Assembly: GCA_964016885.1 (NCBI GenBank)
Contig: OZ024740.1
Coordinates: 414,346,001-414,410,000, forward strand
Length of the DNA stretch: 64,000 bases
From: Eledone cirrhosa
Taxonomy: Eukaryota
Direction of reading: 5' to 3'
Shown: positions 27,701-39,800 of the stretch, piece after piece
How the letters are laid out: every line of letters starts with the position of its first letter
Numbering within the stretch: position 1 is the first letter of the stretch
The notes under the pieces: generated by a model
What the model was told of the DNA's origin: nothing
Database searches by the model: none
The model's input: the letters and a program-made list of their open reading frames with translations, nothing else
Made by a program: the position numbers and the translations under genes

Positions 27701-29384
27701 TGGGTGGTCCAACTTATGAGGCATGTCTGGCCGGTTGGCAGCACCATAGCTTGCTCATACATGACTGTGTTTTGGCTGCACTTTTACAGCTGCTGGATAC
27801 CTTTCCTATCATCAACCATGTTTACAGTGTGTGACTGGGTGGTCTAACTTATGAGACAAGTCTGGCCAGCTGAAACATGGTCCCGCTATGAGCAAAGTTC
27901 AGTTGGGTTTTTACGACTGCTGGATGCCCTTCTTAAACACAAATCCTGTTTACAGTGTGGGCTGGACTGGATTGTCAGCTCAGGTCTTCTGTCGTATGTT
28001 GTAGTGCCAGAGGTCTCAGTCATGTGTCATCTCTAAGGTTCTGCTGTGCCATGTCAGCCTTTATCATTTCATCCTACATCTTCCTTTTCCAAGGCACCCT
28101 ACAACTTCGAGCACCTTTTTATACAGCTCATGCTTCATGCGCATCACATGCCCTATATATACAGGAAGACATGAAACGAGGTAGTGAGGACCAACCTTAA
28201 AAAGCTGAATTTCAAACCAGAGATCATAAAAGACTGCAAGGAATGGTGATATCCTGTATCAGTATAAAATGTGACCTGACACATTCCTATGCCCACCAAA
28301 TATATTTCAAAATTAAATTTAGCATATATAAGTTACTTACTTCCCACAGGCAGCATCATCACATTCTTTCCTATCACATTTAACTTGTATCATAAATGCA
28401 TCATTTAAGTTTATCCTATATATATATATATATTCCATGCCAGAATGGAAAAATGAACGTTAAATGGTAATGATATATATATATAATTGGTGTGGGATGC
28501 TTAAAGCATCCGTAAGCGGTAGGCCGTTTGAGCACTCGATGCTCTCACAGAGGTGGGACGGGTCTTATTCAGCACAGCATCTCTCCACTCGTCACGGTCC
28601 TTCGTCATCTCCACCGTGAGCTTCAATGATCTGAGGTCTGTTCTCACCACCTCCGCCCATGTTTTTCGTGGTCTACTTCTACCACGTCTTCCTTCAACTG
28701 GCATTTCCTGGCACTTCTTCACCTATCGGTCATCCTCCATGCGCATCACATGTCCATACCACCTCAGAGCAGAGTATAATATCACATAAGAAACGGAGAA
28801 TCAGTAGTGCGATGAATTATAATTTATTTTGGAACTCTGCTTCGAAAGATTGAGACATATCTGAGGATCTTGCGATTTCAGAGTCAGGTTCGATCATCGC
28901 AACAATCATGCCTCGAGCTGGTTGCCAGAGAAACAATTGTAATATATCTAATAAATTTTAATTCGTCGTACCACTGATTCTCCGTTTCTTATGTGATATC
29001 ATCATCATCATCATCATTTTACGTCCGCTTTTCCCTGCTTGCAAGGGTGGAATGGGAACTGATTGTGGCTTGATTTCTACAGCTGGATGCACTTCCTAAC
29101 ACCAACCTTATTTACAGTGAGTGGTGGGTGCCTTTTTTCCGTGGCGCCTACACGACCACTTTGCAGCTGAGTAAACTGGAGCAAAGTGAAATAAAGTGTC
29201 TTGCTCAAGGAAACAACACATCACCTGGTCTGAGAATTGAACTCACAACCTTTCGATTGCAAGGCCAATGCTCTAACCACTAAGCCACGTGCCTCCATAT
29301 ATATATATACATATATATATGTATATATATATATATATATATATACATACATATATATATATATACATATATATACATATATAC

Positions 29385-29458
<74 letters not shown>

Positions 29459-32400
29459 CATCATCATCATCATTTTACGTCCTCTTTTCCCTGCTTGCAA
29501 GGGTGGGACGGGTCTTATTCAGCACAGCATCTCTCCACTCGTCACGGTCCTTCGTCATCTCCACCGTGAGCTTCAATGATCTGAGGTCTGTTCTCACCAC
29601 CTCCGCCCATGTTTTTCGTGGTCTACTTCTACCACGTCTTCCTTCAACTGGCATTTCCTGGCACTTCTTCACCTATCGGTCATCCTCCATGCGCATCACA
29701 TGTCCATACCACCTCAGTCTCCTCTCCCATACACTACATTCTATCCCTCTCAGACACAGTTTCTCTCTCAACACATTTATGCTGGGTCGTTCACGCACAT
29801 TTACACTGCACATCCAACGGAGCATGCTTGCCTCATTTCTCTCCAGCCGTCGCATATCCTCTGCAGTTGCTGCCCATGTCTCACTACCATGCAGCATCGT
29901 GCTCCTCACACAGGCATCATACAACCGACCTTTCGTACGCAGGGAGAAACCCTTCTTCGTCAACAGAGGAAGCAGCTCCCTAAACTTTTTCCAACCCGTC
30001 CTTATTCTAGATACTATGGCCTTGGAACACCCTCCTCCCATGCTAATCTGATCTCCTAGGTACTGGAAGCTATCCACCACTTCTATAGCTCCCTCCTGCA
30101 TTTGAAAAATGTGTCTATCAATGCGACTTCTACTGTCTAATTTCCTTGTACATCTACTGCATATATATTTCTCCCTACCTGTTAGTTTGTCTGCTATCCC
30201 GCTACATCTCTTGTGTACCCAGGATCTGCATTGTGTGCATTCTATAGAATTTATGCCAGTTCCTTTTCTGCATATCGAACATGGCCATTTCCCTGACGGA
30301 ATCAGAGTTTTGTCCTCTTTTCTACTCATCAACACTTTTGTCTTAGCTAGGTTCACTCTCAGTCCTCTTGCTTCCAACTGCTGTTTCCATAGACAGAATT
30401 TATTCTCTAGCTCCTCTATTGATTCTGCTATAAGAACCAGATCGTCAGCATAGATAAGTTCCCATAGACAGCCAGTCTTAAACTCCTCTGTTATGGCTTG
30501 GAGGACTATAATGAACAAGAGCGGGCTGAGGACCGAACCTTGATGTACTCCTACTTGTATCTGGAATTCCTCACTAAACTCCATTCCTACCCTGACTTTA
30601 CTGAGAGTACCTCTGTACAAAGTTTGCACTGTCCTCACAAGCCATTCCTCAACACCTAGCTTCCTTAGGGACACCAGATGACAGATCGGGGTACCCTATC
30701 AAAGGCCTTCTCTAGGTCAACAAAGGCTAAATATAGTGGCTTATTTTTCTCTAAAAACCTCTCTTGCAATTGTCTCACCAAGAAGAGGGCATCTGTTGTA
30801 CTCTTCCCAGGCACAAAACCAAACTGCATCTCATCTAGTTTGACCCTTTCTCTAATTAGTTGTGCTAATATCCTTTCTACCACTTTCATAACCTGAGCCA
30901 TCAGTTTTATACCCCTATAATTGCTCCTCTCCAGAGCATCCCCTTTACCTTTGTAGCAATTTATGAGAATACTACTGCACCAGTCTTTGGGTATGACACC
31001 ACCATATATAGCCTGATAGATGATGCGTGCAACCAGTTTAGTGCCTACGTCCCCTGATGCCTTCAGCATCTCAGCAACTATTCCCGATGGTCCAGCAGCC
31101 TTACCATTTTTCATTTCCCTAATCGCCTCTTGGACCCTATATTTGTCAATCTCAATAGCTGGTCCCTCTGTCGGATCTACTAAGGGTAATTTCTCTCTCT
31201 CCCATTCGTTCTGCACATTCATCAGTCTCTCATAATGACATTTCCAGGCCTCCTTTTTCCGATCATTCGTGACACTAAGTACACCGGCATCATTCCGGAC
31301 ACATTTATCTCCAACAACATCCTGATTTGCATTGACACACTGCCTTGCAATGTGGAACACTGAACGCCTCTGATCTTCCCGTCGCAGAACATTGGCAAAC
31401 CTGCTACTCTCCGCCTCCCTGCGTGCTAAGTACACCTGACGTCTAGCTTCTCTCTTAGTGGCTGTATATTCTTCCCTACTCCCACCCTTTTTCCAAGCCT
31501 TCCATGTTAGTCTTTTGTCTCTAATGGCCTTATCTACTGTGCTGTTCCACCACCAGGTCACTCTCTGTCTGGTTGGAGCTCTGCAGCAAGTTGTCACGTA
31601 AGATTCCAGTTATTATCTATGTCATACGTCTCTAAATCGTCTTCTTTTTCGTCATATACATCTTGAAGGGCTTTCCTAAATTTGTATTTTAGTGAAAGGT
31701 CTTTTAGCTTCCAGACCTTTCTTCTCCACACCTTCCTGTATGTCTCATTCCATCTCTTGCTTACTGAGATATCACTAATGGCTAACCTATGCTGTGGGGT
31801 ACATTCTTCCCCAAGGTATGCCTTGGTATTAGACACTATCTGCTGTCCCGCTGCCTAACTAGTAAGAAGTCAATCTGGGTTATGTGCTCACCAGATTTGT
31901 AGGTTATTAAGTGATTGGCAGGTTTCTGGAAATTTGTGTTGCAAATAGTCAATGTACCTGCATCACAAAATTCAAGAAGTCTCACTCCTTCTTCATTTCT
32001 TGAGCTGTAACCGTGCCCACCATGTACCCCAGTGTAACCATCCTGGAGCTGTCCAACATGACCATTGAAGTCTCCTGCTAGCATAACGATGTCTCCATCC
32101 TCTGTCATTGCGGTTGTTTGTAAAAGTTGCTCGTAAAAGCAGTCTTTCTCATCTTTGCCTAGGCCTGCTTGGGGAGCATAGGCCGAGATGATTGTCAGTA
32201 GTCTCCTGCCTACAACTAATCTAAGCTTAATTATTCGATTACTAACTCGAACTACCTCTATTGTCTTATTGATCCATTTCTCAGCCAGGAAAATGCCTAC
32301 TCCCCCAATCCATCATCCTTACCTACCCAGAATAGCTTATAGCTAAGACGTTTGCCTACGACTAGTCTCGCAGAGGCACCTCTCCATCTCACCTCTTGCA

Positions 32401-33784
32401 CGCAGCACACATCCACCTGCCTTCTCTCCAGCATCTCCACTATTTCAGCAGATCTACCTCCGAGAGTGCCAACATTAAGTGTTGCAACTCTGAGATGCAA
32501 CGTCTTCATATTTTGTTGTTGTTCCTATTTGTTGCTGTGCTGATAAGCGTTTTGGCATTGATACACTGGTTGGATGCCCTTCCTAATACCAGTGCCACTT
32601 TACAGCATGGACTGGGTGCTTTTATTTGTGCCACCAGCACTAGAGAGGATGTCTTACTAGACTCAAGAGCCCTCTCTACCCCTCCATTTTACAGCATGGT
32701 CATAAAAAAAAAAATTAAAAAAACACTTATTGACACGACACACACACACACCAACACTCATGCATACAAACCATAAACACACACACGCCACTCACATACC
32801 AACACTCATTCATGTATACAAACACACACATACATATATATATATATATTACCACCAGTACTGATACAAATACAAAATCAAAATCATGTCAACTGTTGAC
32901 TTTTCCCAGTCCAGTTCAGTTTTTATATAATAATAATAATAATAATTGTTTGCTTTACGCTGGTAATGGTGGTGGTGGTGGTGAATGGTGTCAGTATGGT
33001 GATGGTTGTGGTAGTGGATGGTCAGTGATGGTGGTGGCAGTTGTTGCTGTAGTTGTTATTGCAGTTGCTGCTGCTGCTGCTGTTGTTGTTGTTGTTGTTG
33101 TTGTTGCCGTTGTTGTTCTTCATTTCACTGATGCTGCAGACAATGGTGTTGATGCTGTTATTGTAGTCGCATATATATAAATACATACATACACACACAC
33201 ACATTCAACACAGACAATGGTGTTGTTGCTGTTGTTGTTGTTTGTGTTGCTGTTGTTGTTGTTGGTGTTGTTGTTGTTGTAGTTGTTGCTGTGTTGAAAT
33301 CTGGTCGCATTCACTGAGATATACATATGCATACACATATACACACACATATATATATGTATATACACATACATACATCAAAGGAGTTAGCAGTTTGTCA
33401 ACAGTCAACAGGTCAGCCACCTTAGATAGAGTAATGAGTAATGTGGTGATGGTGGGGAGCGAGTGTAGATGTTATTGTTATTGTGGTGGCGGGGGTCAGT
33501 GAGATGTACAAGTTCATAGTTCACTTGTCTCTTTTCCTGTCTCTTCAAAATTTTGAATTTATGGCCTTTTTTGCAATGGCGGACAAGTAAGCGTAAAATG
33601 TAAATTCTAAATAGAGATTGCTCTGGAAGAATATATGGAATATTTCTGCAGCTTTCACAGCTTTTCTCAGAACGTTTCCCGGCTTCCATTGGGTGAAAAT
33701 TATTGTTGTATTTTGGTCTTTCAGAATACGAAAATTAATAAAAACTATTCCCACGAAAAACCGTGTGTTGTCCTATCTATGAGC

Positions 33785-33837
<53 letters not shown>

Positions 33838-36800
33838 TTATTTATTTATATATATATTCATTTAGGTTTGTTGGTTCACCACTGGATAGAACTGGTCATT
33901 CCGTGTGGCCAACCTCGATGTAATATTAGGGAGAGCACTCAACGTAATGCAACCATCCGCCTTCGTTTGTGTAGTTGGTGGTGCGAGTACGGATTAATTA
34001 TTATAAAATAACAGGAGGCTGGACTGGTGTGATTCCTTAAAAGGTTTATTATACTATGATCATTTCAATGACCGGGTTCAGTATGAATCCGGTTACATCA
34101 TCAGGTATTCGAATTATAACAAAGGAATATAATAGACAAAATCCATGGAGCTGAAAAGGCCGAGAGACAAGAAGGCGGCCAAATATTTAACAGTTTCTAG
34201 TCCGGTCGGCCGCCTTCAAGTGAGGACTACTAAGTCTTCTTATGTCTTTCTAGTGAAGGGGCATAAGATCATAGTGCACTACTATCACCCTGTCATGGAC
34301 AGAGGGTAGCGGTGGGAACAGGTTACATTGAAGTTGGTCAGAAATGCTAAAAAGTGCTAAGAAATATATTTTTTCAAAAACCATATATCTTTAACAAAGC
34401 TATATATAGTGGGCGCCTGTTCAGTATATTTTTCATTGTAGGGTCAGAAATTACGATTAACGATTAGAAAGGTCAAATTTATGTTTAGAATTAAAAGATG
34501 TCATTTAAGATGAGATTAGAAAAGTAAGATTTAGTTTTAAAGTTGGAAGATTTAGTTAAAGAATTTACAGACGGAGGAGTTTATGAAAAGGTTACTTGTA
34601 TTATTGATAGTCACGATAAAGTTTCAGGGTAGAATATAAAGTTAGGATTAAGCCCATGTTTGGCGGTCAGTAACCAGCGACGTTGCGAACTCTCAGCCCA
34701 CCCGGGGCCCAATGACGTGTCAACCGTTCCAAGTATTTTCGTCTACCAAATGAAAGGGAAATTTATTTTTCCGAGCACTCTATAAAGGCTGATCACTCAA
34801 GCGCCTGGCGTGCAATCGGGAAAGCCGCCACATCAGTTGGATCATCGCGTGTACCAAACGATTATTAGTTATTCACACCCGTGATGTGAAGTTTAAAAGT
34901 GGCAAAATCTGATGAAATAGGTAAGAATACTATATTTAGTCCCCAGTTAGCCCATGTTATATGTAGTGTGATTCCTGAGTGGGTAGGGGGAGTGTTTAAA
35001 GATAAACAGATATAAAGTAATATTCTAGGGTCGTATGTTAATTTTAGGTAACAGATGAGTACAAGGGTAAGTATAGTAAAGTGAATAAATACATAAATAA
35101 AAACAAATAAAATGCAGTCATACCCAGGCTGGTAATTGTGGGAGTAAAAATGGAAGTAAATAAAAACATATCGAAGAAATCAAAATACAGAAGAAATAAA
35201 ATAGAGATCAAGGTGTAGCAAATAAACAATAGATAACACAGTTGGAGAATATAGGGTTATAAATATAGAGAGGATGGAAGAGTAGCAGTGGTATCAGGTG
35301 ACACGTAGTGTAGGTTCGAGTCTTAATTTTCCAAGTGAATCCCAAAACCTTGAAATATAGGATAGAGAATTCAGTCAATACAAGGCAGGGTATAATAGAA
35401 TATGTTGATTTTTTAAAAAGAATCTATGAGGTCTGACGGAGTGTGAGTGTTCCTGACAGGGAAGCAGCAATGCATGGACCGGGTGGGTGGTAGACATAGC
35501 TTAATGCAGCCAAAATCCGAATATAGGGGGGGGGGTATACCAGCCTGTGATTTATGGTGACTTTCCTTTTAGAAATCAAACAGATCTTTGACTATTTTGT
35601 GGCATTTTTTCAATAACACAGGTTTACACTTACATCTAACATACTGGAGTGCCTGGTCTCCCTGAATGTTGTTTGTGTGCGCCAAACTGAGGTACTTGAG
35701 ATTCTGATGATCACTCAAAAACCTGATAGAGTCTGTATCAACCTTTGTGTGAGAGATGTTCAATGTTATCAATTGTGCCAGCTCCTCCACACCTGCTAGA
35801 CTGCTCACCTGCAACAGAACAGAAAAAAAATAATTATCTGACTTACACACAAAATAAACAAAATAAAAAAACACATTTACATTTCTCTTATCAACTGTAC
35901 AAGCATTTCTAATTTGATAAATGTCACTTAAACATTTAAGTACTTCAAATTCTACAATTTTATTGAACTGACATATACAGGCACCAACTTTAATCAGTCA
36001 TTTCCAGTAAATATTTTATTGATCTCTTTTTGCCATTCTGCTAAATCAGAGGACATAAACTCAAATGCAAATATAGACACACACATATATATATAGCAGG
36101 CTCTACAGTTACTGTCTACCAAATTCCACTCACATAGGTCAACTAGAGGCTATAGTAGGTACCATGCAGCAAGACTGAATCCAATGTGTATATGTATGTG
36201 TGTATATGTGTATATGTATATATATGTATGACTTTATATGTATATGCATGTATATGAATATGTATCCATGAGTCTGCTTAGTTTTGTCCTATAACTTAGT
36301 GGTTCAACAAGAAAATGATCAATAAAATAAGTACCAGACTTTAAAAATTACACCTGCGGGTCGATATGATCAACTAAATCCCTTCAAGGTGAGCTTCAGC
36401 ATGACCACAGTCCAATGGATAAGACTTACGAGTGTCCTAACTAACGAGTTTTTCGAGATACGAGCCGTAACTCGGCCGATTTTTTCTTTGAGTTGCGAGC
36501 TAAAATTCGGGTTACGAACCAGCTTCAGATACCCCTCCGCTAGTTGGCGTAGCGACCGCCACAGTGAATGCCGTAACATCCACTCAGCATCCCATAGGTC
36601 CGAAGAAAATGAGCGCAAAGGACAGTGCTGAGAAGAAACGGATGATGTGCATTAAATTAAAGAAAGAAATTATGGAAAAACGACCACGGTATGCGTGTAG
36701 TCGACTTGGAGAAGCAATACGAGCGTAGCACTCCTACGATCTGCACCATACTGAAGAAGGAGTCGATAACGGCTATAACCCCAGCCAAGGGAGTTAAAAT

Positions 36801-39800
36801 AATTTCTAAACAGCGGACATCTATCCGTGAAAAAGCTGCTGATAGTGTGGTTGACGGAGAAGCAGCTCGCAAGAGATACCGCGACGGAGACTATAATCTG
36901 CGTGAAGGCAGGAGCTATTTACGCTGATTTGTTGCAGCAAACCCCAGGTACTTCGACATACGAATAATTTGAGTTACGAGCTCCATCACAGAATAAATTA
37001 AACTCGTAAGTCAAGGTACCACTGTATATGTAATTTAAGGTTTGGAGACAGCAGGAAAACATCTTTTGATTATGATTCACATTAAAAGTTGCAGAATATT
37101 TTTGTCAAAGTGTGTAATTCTGAACTTTGGTTATATAAATATTTCTACCATATTATCTTTCTGATACACTTACAGAGGGAAAATGAAATATTAATGTTTT
37201 TCATAGATTACTAGGAATATTTATCAATAACCTTTTGTATTTCATACTGAAATCTTCAATGAACATAAAACATACACCATAACTATATAAAAACTTACAA
37301 AGGAAAAACAGCATTCAAGAACAAAAAATGAATCTGCATTTGATATACTTTAATGTATAGTTACACTTCAAAGTATTTCATTAAAACACATAGCAGGAAC
37401 ATATGACAGTTTAGATTTTTTTAAATTCTATATTGAGTAAAAAATATTGGTTTAGAAACTTGCAGGCTTGATTTAAAGAGAAATTTTTACAAAAAAATGA
37501 AAACTGCTTATATGGGTGTATATATGTATATATATATATATATATATCCTGCAGGATGTCCAAAGTCACCCTCCTCACCAATAATTGTCACAAGTGTAGT
37601 ATTTGTACCAGAGTTTTCAAGTCGCTGGCTGGACTAAAAAGTCACACTTGTTCAGCGCATCGGTAGGGGTTCTCCTACATGGATATAAAGTAGTGGCCGT
37701 ACTCGAAAACGAGTTGGCAGCCTCCATATATATAATATATATCAGTATATATATTGCTATGCTTTGGGAGGGTCATGCTGCCAATAAAAACACATGCACC
37801 TATTGGTTTTCACTTCAATTTACTATAAGTTTCCGGTTGGTTGGTTGGTTCGATAACCGGAAGGGTGTTATATATATTGTCAAAGCTCTTTCATCAAACA
37901 TTTTGTGACCTCCTCAGTGACTAGGTTCTTTTTATTTTGAGTCTCTCCTTTGTTCTGTCCTATACATATATATATATATATATATATATAGTAATAATAA
38001 TAAATTTGAAGACTAAAATCCAAAGAGGGCTCGATAAGGATAAATATATATCAAATATATAAGAAACGTAGAGCAAATATTTATTAAAATAACAGATTAA
38101 AGTTTAAGCAAAGAATCGCTGCTTTCACCCTTAACGGGATCTTCTGAAACTAACAAAGTCAATCTGTAAACGCAGAAGTGGATATTTCAAAAAACGTTGC
38201 AACTGGGGGAAGACAGGAAGACGATACTTTGGTTCATGGAAACGTTTGCTGGCAAAGAACGGGAAAAAACGAATATAATACGTCATTAATAGGAGCGGTG
38301 AAAAATAATTACGCACAAAGACAGAACCACGTTTATGGTATAAAAGAGGTCCTAGACTAATGTTCTCTTAGGTGGTGCATAGAGACGTTCTCTGGCAATG
38401 AACGAAAAAAACGAAGATAATACGTCATATGTGGAGCGTGGAGAACAATAGCACGCAAAGACAAAACCATGTAAATGGTATAGCAGAAGTCGTAGACTAA
38501 AATTCTAACTAGGAGACCGAATGAATCTCCGCTACAGAGTTAAGAACAAAGTAAATAAATACAATACAGAAGTAATAGAAATAAATAAATACATACACGC
38601 AAACAAATACGTACATACACAAGCATACGCAAAACACTTACCATAGGTATACAAAACCACGCACATATAAATATATGTGTGTGTGCATGCGTGTATACAA
38701 ATAAATAAATAATTATATAAACGTATATAAATAAATAAATACGTATATAACAAGCGCACACACATACCTACATGTAAATACATGAATGTTCGGAGACGTA
38801 AGTCAACCAAAACATGAAGTACACATATACACACACCCTACATATGTACGAACCTGCATACTCACACAGACGCAAAACTCCCGTATACACATAGTCAAAC
38901 CATATGTACCAGAATATATAAAATTATACGCCATAACATAAACAATCAAATATACGTACGAGAAGGTATACGTACCTTCACAAAACATATGGGTAATATA
39001 TACTTACCTATGCAAATAAGTAATGGTATAAACAAAACATATACTTAGCTCCCACATCAAGACGTAAAATATTCACGTATAGATCGTACTATCCGTTAGG
39101 GTATAATGTGGGGCTGTAATACAGGAAAGTTTTGTGCAATTTATGTTTACAAGCCGAAATTGCCTCAGATTTTTTGTTTAAGATGTGGTCTGTGGCGTAG
39201 AGTATTTCCAGGGCCTCAGCGGCGCAGAGGTCACATGGTCTTTTATTTCCGTTATACGATCTAGCCCTAGCTAGGATCTCCCAGTGTAACTTATATTGGG
39301 TGTGGTTGTCTTTTAGACTACATATATAAGCTGAAAGTGACGTCATATTCCTTCTTAGAGGGTAACGAAAAGAATGGGTATGCATGTAAAGACGCTGCTT
39401 GAATCTATTGGCGGTTAACCCTATGTAGGCCCTACGGGACGTGGGTGTTACAACCTTACATTTGTAGACAATGTTACTAGAGAGGCATTTCCCGGATAGG
39501 GAGCAATCAACCCGATTCCTACAATTACAGTTAGTACTAACTACAGGGTTGCACGTGTTCCTACGGCTAGGTAGTTTAGCTAAATTTGAAGCTGTGATGT
39601 TATGTGCAAGGTTAGGAGTCATAGAGTAAGAAATTTTAATAGTATTTCTATTAAAAATTTTACTATATTTATGTGTAGGGGGAAAATACTTCGTAATAAG
39701 GGAAAGAAAGATCTTAGCTAATGGTGTGGCCACCTCCATATTATATGGTGGGTTATACCAACAAATGCGACGGGATCTATTTCTTCTAGGTCTATTTTCG

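Noticed and set aside
27190-27960. CRISPR-like repeat-spacer array
   Set aside because: Eukaryotic context; the spacers are homologous to each other, and the repeat is a SINE/RTE module.
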